Part shown: in pieces, positions 10,061 to 18,971 of the stretch
How the letters are laid out: each line of letters starts with the position of its first letter
How positions within the stretch are numbered: position 1 is the first letter of the stretch
DNA from: Pyrinomonadaceae bacterium
GTDB lineage: Bacteria > Acidobacteriota > Blastocatellia > Pyrinomonadales > Pyrinomonadaceae
Assembly: GCA_035761985.1 (NCBI GenBank)
Contig: DASTQB010000206.1
Coordinates: 14,343 to 78,342, forward strand
Length of the DNA: 64,000 nt
Direction of reading: 5' to 3'
Notes under the pieces: generated by a model
Seen by the model: only the letters and a program-made list of their open reading frames with translations
Told to the model about the DNA's origin: nothing
Database searches by the model: none
Position numbers and translations under genes: made by a program

Positions 10061-10136
10061 GCCACAGATATACACGGATGAACACAGATCTGAACTGATC
10101 TAATCTGATTTGCGTTCATCCGCGTCAATCCGCGGC
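10061..10136. repeat. Family B palindromic repeat element
   Basis: gccacagat atacacggat gaacacagat ... atccgcg tcaatccgcggc. The left arm has CACAGAT/CACGGAT units and the right arm their reverse complements (ATCCGCG), giving an imperfect long hairpin. Confidence 0.75.
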
Positions 10137-10153
10137 TAAAAAAGGAGATTGGA

Positions 10154-12646
10154 ATGAGACGTCTCTGCATTCTTTGGTTGCTGCTGTTCTGCTTTGCGCC
10201 GATCCAGGCACAGAAACCGCAGACGCTCACGGAGAAGGTCGCGGGCATGGAGAAGTTTCCCGGCTTCTTCACGTTCTACTGGGACGCGAAAGCCGGAAAA
10301 GTGTGGCTCGAGATCGACAAGTGGAACACCGAGTTTCTCTACGTCGAATCGCTCCCAGCCGGTATCGGCTCGAACGACATCGGCCTCGACCGCGGCCAGC
10401 TCGGCAACAGCGCTATCGTGCGTTTCGATCGCAGTGGACCACGAGTGCTGCTCGTTGCGCCAAACTACAACTTCCGCGCCACGAGCAACAATCCCGACGA
10501 ACGTCTCGCCGTCCGTGATGCATTCGCCGAATCCACTCTCTGGGGCTTCGAAGTCGCCGCCGAAGACGGCAATCGCGTCCTCGTTGACGCAACTAACTTC
10601 TACCTCCGCGACGTTCACCAGGTCACAAACACCCTGCAAAGAAGCCAGCAGGGAACTTATCGACTGGAGCCGAGCCGCAGCGCCTTTTACCTTCCAAACA
10701 CCAAAAACTTTCCGCAAAACACGGAAGTCGAAGTCACCCTGACGTTCACCGGCGAGCCGGCTGGACAGTTCGTGCGGCAGGTTGTACCCGAGCCGGAAGC
10801 GATCACGGTCCGTGAACGTCACTCGTTCGTGCAACTACCGCCTGCGGGCTTCAAGCCGCGCGTCTTCGATCCACGCGCAGGTTATTTCGGCATCGACTAC
10901 ATGGACTTCGCAACGCCGATCGAAGAACCGATCACAAAGCGCTTCATCGCACGTCATCGTTTGCAGAAGAAAGATCCGACGGCGGCGGTCAGTGAAGCAG
11001 TGGAGCCGATCGTTTACTACGTCGATCGCGGCGCGCCCGAGCCGGTGCGTTCCGCGTTGCTCGAAGGCGCGCGCTGGTGGAACCAGGCGTTTGAAGCCAT
11101 CGGTTACAAAGACGCGCTGCGCGTGGAGATCATGCCGGCTGACGTCGACCCGATGGACGTGCGTTACAACGTGATCCAGTGGGTACATCGATCGACACGC
11201 GGCTGGTCCTACGGCAACTCACTACTCGATCCGCGCACCGGCGAGATCATCCAAGGCCGCGTTTCGCTGGGCTCGCTTCGAGACCGCCAGGACTTCCTGA
11301 TCGCGGAAGGTTTGCTGGCGCCTTACGACAAAACCAACACTGCCTCGCCGAAACTTCTCGAGATGGTGCTCGCGCGCCTGCGCCAACTCTCCGCGCACGA
11401 GGTGGGCCACACATTGGGACTGCAACACAACTACGCCGCTAGTCCCACCGGTCGCGCATCCGTGATGGACTATCCCGCGCCGCGCGCAAGACTCGGCCCC
11501 GACGGAATTCCCGATCTCTCCGACGCGTACGCGAAAGACATCGGCGAATGGGACAAAGTGGCGATCGCTTACGGCTACCAGGACTTTGCCCCGGGAACAA
11601 ACGAATCGCAGGCGCTCGACAAGACGCTTCGCGACGCGTTTGCGCGGGGCTTGATGTATCTCACCGATCAGGACGCCCGTGGCGGGAGCAGCGCAAGCTC
11701 GGTGGCCCATCTCTGGGACAACGGCGCGAATGCGATCGACGAGCTCGGCAACGTGATGAAAGTGCGTGCCGCGGCGTTAAAGCGTTTTGGTGAAAACAAC
11801 ATTCGTGAAGGTGCACCACTCGCGACGATCGAAGACGTGCTCGTGCCGATCTACATGTATCACCGTTACCAGGTTGAAGCGGCGGCGAAAGTGATCGGCG
11901 GGCAGGACTACACGTTCAGTCTGAAAGGCAAGGGCGATCGTAATCCGCAGATCGTTTCGCCCGACGAGCAGCGTCGCGCACTCGCCGCAGTGCTCGAGAC
12001 GATCAAGCCTGAAGCACTCGCGGTGCCTGAGTCGTTGTTGCGCTTGATCCCACCGCGCCCAGCGGGTTATCCGCGCACACGGGAAGACTTTCGAATTCGC
12101 ACACAACCGGTTTTCGACGCACTCGCGCCCGCGGAAGCAGCGGCGGATCACGTGAGTGGATTTCTACTGAACCAGGAGCGCGCGGCGCGTCTGGTCCAGT
12201 TCCATGCTCGCGATCCACGTAATCCCGGTCTCGCGGAAGTGATCGACAAAATACTAGCAGCGACGTGGAAAGCGCCCGCCGCGAAAGGTTACGCAGCCGA
12301 GATCCAGCACGTCGTGAACACGATCGTTCTCGCGGACCTGATGGCACTTGCGGCCAACGAACGTGCGTTGAATCAGGTGCGTGCGGTTGCGTCATGGAAG
12401 CTGGACCAGTTGAAAAAGTGGATGACTGCGCAATCGCGCGTCGCCGTCGACGAAAACCAGCGCGCGTTCCTGTTCTACTCACTCGACCAGATCAAACGTT
12501 TTCAGGACGATCCAAAGAAGATGAACCTGACGCCGTCCCAGCCGCCGCCTGACGGCCAGCCCATTGGAATGCAGCCACAGTTCTACACAGATGAACACAG
12601 ATCAGAATTCAGATCTGCGTTATCCGTGTTTATCTGTGGCTTATAA
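10154..12646 (+). CDS. Secreted zinc metalloprotease with metzincin-type HEXXHXXGXXH motif
   Basis: 830 aa. Signal peptide MRRLCILWLLLFCFAPIQA/QK. HEVGHTLGLQH followed by SVMDYP. The last ~24 codons (..QFYTDEHRSEFRSALSVFICGL) are encoded by a family B repeat. Confidence 0.8.
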   Translation: MRRLCILWLLLFCFAPIQAQKPQTLTEKVAGMEKFPGFFTFYWDAKAGKVWLEIDKWNTEFLYVESLPAGIGSNDIGLDRGQLGNSAIVRFDRSGPRVLLVAPNYNFRATSNNPDERLAVRDAFAESTLWGFEVAAEDGNRVLVDATNFYLRDVHQVTNTLQRSQQGTYRLEPSRSAFYLPNTKNFPQNTEVEVTLTFTGEPAGQFVRQVVPEPEAITVRERHSFVQLPPAGFKPRVFDPRAGYFGIDYMDFATPIEEPITKRFIARHRLQKKDPTAAVSEAVEPIVYYVDRGAPEPVRSALLEGARWWNQAFEAIGYKDALRVEIMPADVDPMDVRYNVIQWVHRSTRGWSYGNSLLDPRTGEIIQGRVSLGSLRDRQDFLIAEGLLAPYDKTNTASPKLLEMVLARLRQLSAHEVGHTLGLQHNYAASPTGRASVMDYPAPRARLGPDGIPDLSDAYAKDIGEWDKVAIAYGYQDFAPGTNESQALDKTLRDAFARGLMYLTDQDARGGSSASSVAHLWDNGANAIDELGNVMKVRAAALKRFGENNIREGAPLATIEDVLVPIYMYHRYQVEAAAKVIGGQDYTFSLKGKGDRNPQIVSPDEQRRALAAVLETIKPEALAVPESLLRLIPPRPAGYPRTREDFRIRTQPVFDALAPAEAAADHVSGFLLNQERAARLVQFHARDPRNPGLAEVIDKILAATWKAPAAKGYAAEIQHVVNTIVLADLMALAANERALNQVRAVASWKLDQLKKWMTAQSRVAVDENQRAFLFYSLDQIKRFQDDPKKMNLTPSQPPPDGQPIGMQPQFYTDEHRSEFRSALSVFICGL
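12575..12639. repeat. Family B palindromic repeat lying inside the 3' end of the metalloprotease ORF
   Basis: ccacag ttc tacacagat gaacacagat cagaattcagatc tgcgttatccgtg tttatctgtgg. Arms are inverted around a central GAATTC. Confidence 0.75.
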
Positions 12647-12667
12647 GTAGAGTAAATTATTCACTTA

Positions 12668-14662
12668 ATGCCCGGACTGGAACAATACGTCGGCGAGGTT
12701 TTAGACGAGAAATACCGCCTCGAACATCTGCTCGGACAGGGCGGAATGGGCGCCGTGTTCCTTGCCACACACCTCGGCACCGAGCGGTACGTCGCGCTGA
12801 AGCTGATCTCGCCGCAGTTCATGCGCAACAACGAGTTTGTCGAACGCTTCAAGCGTGAAGCACGCGCGGCGGGCCGCCTGCGGCACCCGAATGTTGTTGA
12901 CGTGACTGACTTTGGCTTCGCGACCGTGAAGGCGGGCAAGGTCGCGTACCTCGTCATGGAGTACCTCGACGGCTGCACGCTCGGCGACGTCCTCGCCGAG
13001 GAGAAACGCCTGCCCCTCGAGTGGGTCGCGGACATCCTCGATCAGGTTTGCTCCGCTGTTCACGAAGCGCACCAGCTCGGAATCATCCACCGCGATTTAA
13101 AGCCCGACAACATCTGGCTCGAACCGAATCGCCTCGGCGGTTATCGAGTGAAAGTGCTCGATTTTGGTATCGCTAAACTCGGCGAAGCAACAGCGCCGGC
13201 ACCTGAAGACGATCCGGCCGCAACGATCATCGACGAACCTCCAGCGTCACTTCTCGAAACCGACACGCTGCTGAGACCAGGCGGCGACGAGGCACTTACG
13301 CTCGGCTACAGGGCACGACCTGACACCGAGGGCGTGGGCACCATGTTGCAGAACCCACGCACAGATCCGTTTGTTCAACTTCCGGACGAGGAAGACGGCA
13401 CACTCCTGCTCGAAGGCGGAACGCAAAGCGCCGCACGTCATACCGCTCACGCCGCCACTTCACCACAGGGATCGGCGTTAACGCGCGTCGGCGCGATCAT
13501 GGGAACGCCTCTGTACATGTCGCCGGAGCAATGCGGCGGCGGCCGTGTGACTGCACGCTCCGACATTTACAGCCTGGGCGTTATCGCGTACCAGATGCTT
13601 GCAGGCGAGCCGCCCTTTGAAGGAAATACGTCGACGGTCATACGTGCGCATCGAGAGCAGTCGCCGTTGGATCTCCGCAAACGAAACAAGAAAGTTCCAA
13701 AACGTGTTGCGGCGGTGGTGATGTCGGCACTTTCGAAGAACCCGGAGCACCGTCCGCCGACTGCTTTTGCCTTTGCGAGTGCGTTGCGAGCCCAGAGTGA
13801 AGGTGTCGGTGCTTTGTACAGGCGCGCGTTTTCCCTTTACAGCGAGTATTTTCCTAAATTCGTAAAGCTGAGCTTCTTCGCGCACGTGCCGGCGATTGTC
13901 ACGGGTGGTCTGCTGTTGATTCTGCTGGCGACGGTCCAATTTCCCCCGAGAGGTCCATTGGCGGTGAAGATCGCAGTCGCGTGCGCCGTAGGGATTCTCA
14001 GCCTGGCGCAGATTGTGGCTTCGATGATGGCGGGTGCCGTCATTTCGGGCGTGACGGCAGTGATCATCACGCAACTCACTGCCGCGCCGTTAAAGCCCGT
14101 CCACTTGAGCGAAGCGTTTGGGGTGATGCGACGTCGCTGGCGTCCGTTCCTCAAGACGATGATCATGGTGACCTGGCGCATCTTTCTTGGGTTGGCTCTC
14201 CTGTTCATTCCGGGACTCATCATGATCATCCGTTATTCGCTCTACGCTCCGGTGGTGCTTATCGAAGGTCTGGAGAAGAAAGCGGCGATGAAGCGTTCGC
14301 GCGAACTAGCCGCGCGTTCATGGAGGACCATCATCATCGTCTCGATAATCCAGTTTTTAATCCCGATGATGGTGGGATTTTTTGTCGGGAAGATTCGCGT
14401 TGGTGTGGATCTCGAGGCAGCCACAACATTCAGCCGGATTTCTCAGTTCGTGCTCAGCCAGCTAAACATTCTGGTGATGCCGCTGATCTCGATCGTTCCG
14501 GCGTTGTTGTACCTGAAGATGCGGCAACTCGGCGGCGAACCGCTCGGCGCGGTCCTCACTGAGATTGAAGAAGGCGACAAACAGCGGAGTGCGTGGCAGC
14601 AGCGCATGCGCACGCGCCTCAGTTTGTACACACCCGTCAGTCAGAAGACTCCTACCAGTTAG
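12668..14662 (+). CDS. Ser/Thr protein kinase with polytopic C-terminal membrane domain
   Basis: 664 aa. GQGGMGAVFLA, VALK, HRDLKPDNIWL, DFGIAK, GTPLYMSPE. The C-terminal ~270 aa contains several hydrophobic helices (VPAIVTGGLLLILLATV, AVACAVGILSLAQIVASMMAGAVISGV, FLGLALLFIPGLIMII and others). Confidence 0.88.
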   Translation: MPGLEQYVGEVLDEKYRLEHLLGQGGMGAVFLATHLGTERYVALKLISPQFMRNNEFVERFKREARAAGRLRHPNVVDVTDFGFATVKAGKVAYLVMEYLDGCTLGDVLAEEKRLPLEWVADILDQVCSAVHEAHQLGIIHRDLKPDNIWLEPNRLGGYRVKVLDFGIAKLGEATAPAPEDDPAATIIDEPPASLLETDTLLRPGGDEALTLGYRARPDTEGVGTMLQNPRTDPFVQLPDEEDGTLLLEGGTQSAARHTAHAATSPQGSALTRVGAIMGTPLYMSPEQCGGGRVTARSDIYSLGVIAYQMLAGEPPFEGNTSTVIRAHREQSPLDLRKRNKKVPKRVAAVVMSALSKNPEHRPPTAFAFASALRAQSEGVGALYRRAFSLYSEYFPKFVKLSFFAHVPAIVTGGLLLILLATVQFPPRGPLAVKIAVACAVGILSLAQIVASMMAGAVISGVTAVIITQLTAAPLKPVHLSEAFGVMRRRWRPFLKTMIMVTWRIFLGLALLFIPGLIMIIRYSLYAPVVLIEGLEKKAAMKRSRELAARSWRTIIIVSIIQFLIPMMVGFFVGKIRVGVDLEAATTFSRISQFVLSQLNILVMPLISIVPALLYLKMRQLGGEPLGAVLTEIEEGDKQRSAWQQRMRTRLSLYTPVSQKTPTS

Positions 14663-14726
14663 AAGATGATCGAGCTCCTGATCCAATTGATAGGAGCTCG
14701 ACTGCAACCAATAATTTCCCCACAAA

Positions 14727-15308
14727 TCATATTTCTGCCGGAACTCGCTTCTCGTATTCCGCTTCCATTTGGTCGACTTTCGCCCAGAATTCTTTTGTTT
14801 GGCGGCCGTTGAGCTGATCGATAAGAACGCCGACGTGCACGTGCCAGCCACTCGCAACACTGACCAATTCCTGACGGTTGCGGAGGTTTCGATGTGTCAG
14901 AACCATCAGCACCTGGTCGCCTTTTGGGGTCAGTTCGAAAATGACTTCCGATTCGTCGCCCTGCTCCTCTCCCCACATAAAACTCAGGACGTGCGGCGGC
15001 TCGCAGCGAACAACGTAGCCCGTACTCACCATGCCTTCACAATCTTTGAAACGCTCCGGTGGCGGTCCACCCTCCGAGGCGAGCTGGGAGTTGTGAAAGT
15101 GGAACTCCAGTTTTCCTCCGGCGCGCAATTCCATCGGTCCGGATGCGAACCACTTTCCGCGCTTCTCTGATTCGGTGAGATAAGCCCACACACGTTCGAT
15201 CGGACCGGGAAGCAGGCGCTCGAGCCGCACGGTGCGAGGTTCTGTAACTACACCGTAATCGTCGTTGCCGGTTTCGGGTTCAACTTGTTTTCTTGATTCT
15301 GCACTCAT
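14727..15308 (-). CDS. SRPBCC/AHSA1 (activator of Hsp90 ATPase homolog 1-like) family protein
   Basis: 193 aa. RLERLLPGPIERVWAYLTESEKRGKWFASGPMELRAGGKLEFHF is typical of this family. Start overlaps the arsR stop by 4 bp, the common ArsR-AHSA1 pairing. Confidence 0.78.
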   Translation of the reverse strand: MSAESRKQVEPETGNDDYGVVTEPRTVRLERLLPGPIERVWAYLTESEKRGKWFASGPMELRAGGKLEFHFHNSQLASEGGPPPERFKDCEGMVSTGYVVRCEPPHVLSFMWGEEQGDESEVIFELTPKGDQVLMVLTHRNLRNRQELVSVASGWHVHVGVLIDQLNGRQTKEFWAKVDQMEAEYEKRVPAEI

Positions 15309-15670
15309 CGAGGTCGTCCTTTCTTGCTCGTTTTACTGGCAGTTTCCTCATCTTCGGCTTTCAATAAAGCCTCCAACGCATCCAGACGCGCGTTCCAGAT
15401 GGCGCGCTGAGTTTCAATCCAATTCGCTACTTCATCCAGTTGTTGTCGATTGAACGACAGAAAGTGGTCCCGCCCGACAGTCCGCCGGCGCACCAGATCG
15501 GCACGCTCGAGGATGCGAATGTGTTTCGAGACCGCGTTGAGCGATATATCGAAAGGCGCTGCCAGTTCCGTAACTCGTGCCTCACCTTGGGAGAGTCGTT
15601 GTAGAATGGCTCTTCGCGTCGGGTCAGCCAGCGCCGTAAAAGTCTGATCGAGATTGCTCTGCCGGATCAT
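15305..15670 (-). CDS. ArsR/SmtB family transcriptional regulator
   Basis: 121 aa from the ATG whose complement is at 15668-15670: MIRQSNLDQTFTALADPTRRAILQRLSQGEARVTELAAPFDISLNAVSKHIRILERADLV. The track ORF extends to 15970, but the extra 100 aa have no family similarity and cover the operator. Confidence 0.85.
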   Translation of the reverse strand: MIRQSNLDQTFTALADPTRRAILQRLSQGEARVTELAAPFDISLNAVSKHIRILERADLVRRRTVGRDHFLSFNRQQLDEVANWIETQRAIWNARLDALEALLKAEDEETASKTSKKGRPR

Positions 15671-15673
15671 TTG

Positions 15674-15697
15674 ATATTCAACCTTATGGTTGAATAT
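15674..15697. promoter_or_regulatory. Perfect 10-4-10 palindrome ATATTCAACC-TTAT-GGTTGAATAT; candidate ArsR operator
   Basis: Begins 4 nt upstream of the arsR start codon. Both arms are perfectly complementary. ArsR/SmtB repressors typically bind 12-2-12-like inverted repeats at their own promoter. Confidence 0.6.
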
Positions 15698-16031
15698 AGT
15701 CCAGGTTTGAAACTGTGTCAACGGTGAATCTTGGATTTCGAAATTGGGATTGCTGAGTCCCGCTTGCGAAACCAATTCTTCGATTTTTCGAAGCGGCGAT
15801 CTGAATTTTAGCCGCGGACAATGCGAGAAATGGCGGATTTGCGCTGGATTTGACGTCGCCGGCTGTTTCGAGCGAGGTTGGCACGGGTATTGAAAAGAGC
15901 CGTCGCGGAGAACTGTATAGTTGCGTGTGAAGTAATCTAGCTCGATTCGATTCATGCTTCGCGCGCGCATCGCCGCTCTCTCAACAAGGCTATTACACGT
16001 TCTCCATTAAATTTTTTTTGAAGTAAGCACC

Positions 16032-17288
16032 ATGGACATAAAGCGACCCCCTAAATCGAAGATCAAGAAGAAGATTCGCAACGCGGTCATGATCGTTGTC
16101 GGGTTAGCCGCGATCGGCGGCATCACCTACGGTCTGACGAAGCTCAAGCCAGCGGCGCCGGCCGTTGACCGCAATACCATCGTGATCGAAACCGTGAAAC
16201 GCGGTGAGATGATCCGCGACGTGCGAGGCAATGGAACTCTCGTTCCCGAGATCACTCGCTGGGTGCCGGCTCCTGCCCAGGGGCGCGTTGAGAAGATTCT
16301 TCTTCAGGCGGGTGTCGAAGTTGATGCATCGACAGTCCTCGTTGAACTTCATAATCCCCAACTGGAACAGCAGGCGACCGACGCCGAGTTTCAGGTAAAA
16401 GCAGCCGAGGCGGACGCAGAGAACCTGAAAGTCCGCCTCGAAAGCGAAACGATGACGCAAAAAGCTGCGATCGCGACCATCAACTCGCAGTACAGCCAGG
16501 CGAAGTTGCAGCTCGACGCCGATGAAGTTCTCGGAAAAGACGGCTACATCGCCCCCCTCCAGTTGAAGATCTCTCGCGTCGCCGTTCAGGACCTTGCCAA
16601 CCGGCTCAAAGTCGAGCAGGAACGATTGGCAGTCAGTGCAAAATCAACCAAGGCACAGCTGAATGCCGCAACGTCGCGTTTGAGCCAGTTGCGCGCACTC
16701 GCGGCTTTGAGACGGCAGGAAGTTGATGCGTTGAAAGTGCGCGCCGGAACGGCGGGTGTGCTGCAACAGGTTTCCGTCCAGGTTGGACAGCAGGTTGATC
16801 CGGGATTCAACATCGCGCGCGTTGCCGATCCGACGTCGCTGAAAGCGGTGCTGAGAGTTGGTGAAACGCAGATTAAAGACGTGCGAATCGGTCAGCCGGT
16901 CGTCGTCGACACTCGCAACGGTCTGATTCAGGGAACAGTTTCCCGCATCGACCCGGCTGCTCGTGAAGGTACTTTCGAAATCGACGCATCGCTCATCGGA
17001 CCGCTCCCGCCAAGCGCGCGCCCCGATTTGAGCGTTGATGGAACGATCGAACTTGAGCGCCTCAAAGACGTTTTGAAAGTCGGACGGCCCGCGTTTGGGC
17101 AGGCATTCCAGACTATCGGCATGTTTGTGCTGACTCCTGACGGAAGCGAGGCTGTGCGTACGACGGTGAAACTCGGACGCAACTCCGTCAGTACTATCGA
17201 GATTCTCGAAGGTCTGAAGGAAGGTGACCAGGTCATCATTTCAGACACGTCGGCACAGGATAGTTATAACCGCATTCTGATTCGTTGA
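16032..17288 (+). CDS. HlyD/MacA-type periplasmic adaptor (membrane fusion protein)
   Basis: 418 aa. Basic N-terminus plus TM helix (AVMIVVGLAAIGGITYGL), barrel-sandwich segment, long Q/A/E-rich coiled-coil hairpin (NPQLEQQATDAEFQVKAAEADAENLKVRLES...SQLRALAALRRQEVDAL), beta-rich C-terminus. Confidence 0.85.
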   Translation: MDIKRPPKSKIKKKIRNAVMIVVGLAAIGGITYGLTKLKPAAPAVDRNTIVIETVKRGEMIRDVRGNGTLVPEITRWVPAPAQGRVEKILLQAGVEVDASTVLVELHNPQLEQQATDAEFQVKAAEADAENLKVRLESETMTQKAAIATINSQYSQAKLQLDADEVLGKDGYIAPLQLKISRVAVQDLANRLKVEQERLAVSAKSTKAQLNAATSRLSQLRALAALRRQEVDALKVRAGTAGVLQQVSVQVGQQVDPGFNIARVADPTSLKAVLRVGETQIKDVRIGQPVVVDTRNGLIQGTVSRIDPAAREGTFEIDASLIGPLPPSARPDLSVDGTIELERLKDVLKVGRPAFGQAFQTIGMFVLTPDGSEAVRTTVKLGRNSVSTIEILEGLKEGDQVIISDTSAQDSYNRILIR

Positions 17289-17376
17289 TCGGGCCGCACG
17301 GAAGGTGCAGTGCCATAGAACCCGGCTTTGCGGTGTTCAATAAAAGGATTCTCTACACAAATTTGCGAAGGAGCCA

Positions 17377-18138
17377 ATGATGAGTTCTTCTGAGCCCCTG
17401 ATTCACCTGTCTGACGTAAAGAAGGTGTTTTACACTGACGAGGTCGAAACACACGCACTTTCCGGTATTCATCTCGATATCAAACAAGGTGAATACGTCT
17501 CGATCGCCGGTCCTTCGGGTTGCGGCAAATCAACTCTACTGTCGATTCTCGGCCTGCTCGACACGCCGACCGACGGCAAGTACGTCCTCAACAACCATCC
17601 GGTTGAAAATCTCTCGCTTTCGGAGCGAGCGAGGATCAGGAACCGCGAAGTCGGGTTCATTTTCCAGAGCTTCAACCTGATCGGCGACCTGACGGTTTAC
17701 GAGAATGTTGAACTGCCGTTGACCTATCGCGGGATGAGTTCCGCCGAGCGTAAGAAGCGCACCACTGATGCGCTCGAACGAGTCGGTATGGCGCATCGTG
17801 CGAAACACCTGCCGAGCCAGTTGTCCGGCGGTCAGCAACAGCGTGTCGCGGTCGCGCGTGCAGTTGCCGGCGAGCCGAGCATCCTGCTCGCGGACGAGCC
17901 AACTGGTAACCTCGACTCGACCAACGGTGAAGCCGTGATGGAGTTGATGCGCGAATTGCACCGCGCCGGCGCAACCATCTGCATGGTGACGCACGATCCC
18001 CGTTACGCGCAGCACGCCGATCGCATCGTTCACTTATTTGACGGCCTTATCGTCGAAGAGGAAGCGGGAGCCGACAGGCGCGAGATTCAGGACGCCAAGC
18101 GCGAGCTGGCAGAGAGCGGTTTCGGAGCAATTTCATGA
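17377..18138 (+). CDS. Stand-alone ABC transporter ATP-binding protein, MacB/LolD-like clade
   Basis: 253 aa. Walker A GPSGCGKSTLL, FIFQSFNLIGDLTVYENV, signature LSGGQQQRVAVARA, Walker [14 protein letters not shown]-loop VTHD. AAGGAG at 17368-17373; the ATG at 17380 is an equally plausible start. Confidence 0.9.
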   Translation: MMSSSEPLIHLSDVKKVFYTDEVETHALSGIHLDIKQGEYVSIAGPSGCGKSTLLSILGLLDTPTDGKYVLNNHPVENLSLSERARIRNREVGFIFQSFNLIGDLTVYENVELPLTYRGMSSAERKKRTTDALERVGMAHRAKHLPSQLSGGQQQRVAVARAVAGEPSILLADEPTGNLDSTNGEAVMELMRELHRAGATICMVTHDPRYAQHADRIVHLFDGLIVEEEAGADRREIQDAKRELAESGFGAIS

Positions 18139-18830
18139 TCACGTTGCGGGGCGTAGAAAAGGCTTTCCCCCACGGGCCAACGAAGACTTACGTGCTCCGG
18201 CGGATCGATCTCGACATCAAGGCTGGTGAGTTTGTGTCGATCATGGGTCCATCGGGCGCGGGCAAGTCGACGCTCTTACACATCCTGGGCATGCACGATC
18301 AGTCGTGGACTGGTGAGTATTACTTTGACGAGGTACCAGTCCACACGCTCGACGCGAAGAAGCGAGCGGCATTGCGCAACCGGAACATCGGATTTGTTTT
18401 TCAGAGCTATCACCTCCTCGACGATCAGACAGTCTTTGAAAATCTCGAGCTGCCGCTTTCGTATCGCGACGTGAGTAAGAAAGATCGTCAATCGATCGTT
18501 TGCGACACGCTCGACCGGTTTCAGATGGTAGGCAAGAAGGATCTGTTCCCGACGCAGCTTTCAGGCGGACAGCAACAACTCGTCGGTATCGCGCGTGCGG
18601 TTGTTGCGAATCCGCGGATCATCCTTGCCGACGAGCCGACTGGAAATCTTCATTCGGCGCAGGGCAAAGAGATCATGGACATGTTTAAGCGTTTGAACGA
18701 CGAAGGTACGACGATTGTGCAGGTGACACACTCGGAGACTAACGCGGCCTACGGCAACCGTATCATTCGTCTCGAAGATGGCTGGATAGTTAATCAGCCG
18801 CAGGAGCAGAAGACAGTCGCCAGTTATTAA
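18135..18830 (+). CDS. Second, non-identical stand-alone ABC transporter ATP-binding protein, MacB/LolD-like clade
   Basis: 231 aa. Walker [30 protein letters not shown], signature [14 protein letters not shown], Walker [14 protein letters not shown]-loop VTHS. ATGA overlap with the first ATPase gene. Confidence 0.9.
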   Translation: MITLRGVEKAFPHGPTKTYVLRRIDLDIKAGEFVSIMGPSGAGKSTLLHILGMHDQSWTGEYYFDEVPVHTLDAKKRAALRNRNIGFVFQSYHLLDDQTVFENLELPLSYRDVSKKDRQSIVCDTLDRFQMVGKKDLFPTQLSGGQQQLVGIARAVVANPRIILADEPTGNLHSAQGKEIMDMFKRLNDEGTTIVQVTHSETNAAYGNRIIRLEDGWIVNQPQEQKTVASY

Positions 18831-18971
18831 CGACTGCCCTCCCAGCTGCTGTTGAGCGAAGCGAAGAACCTGGTTTTCAAATAATCCTGTAGTTGCTCGA
18901 GAGATTGACCACAACGTCGATCGAGTAGTCGATCAACGTTGACGTCACAAGTGTGCCCGGAGCAAGAAGTT

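Noticed and set aside
15879-15893. Sigma54-like promoter TGGCAC-N5-TTGA about 140 bp upstream of the adaptor gene
   Set aside because: The -24 element is good, but the -12 element lacks the conserved GC (TTGA instead of TTGC). No enhancer-binding protein with an AAA+ domain is encoded nearby. Kept only as a note.
15671-15970. Long version of the arsR ORF (221 aa, start at 15970 on the minus strand)
   Set aside because: The first 100 residues have no ArsR similarity, run through the perfect operator palindrome, and lie in a lower-GC non-coding-looking region. The internal ATG (complement at 15668-15670) gives a standard 121-aa ArsR.
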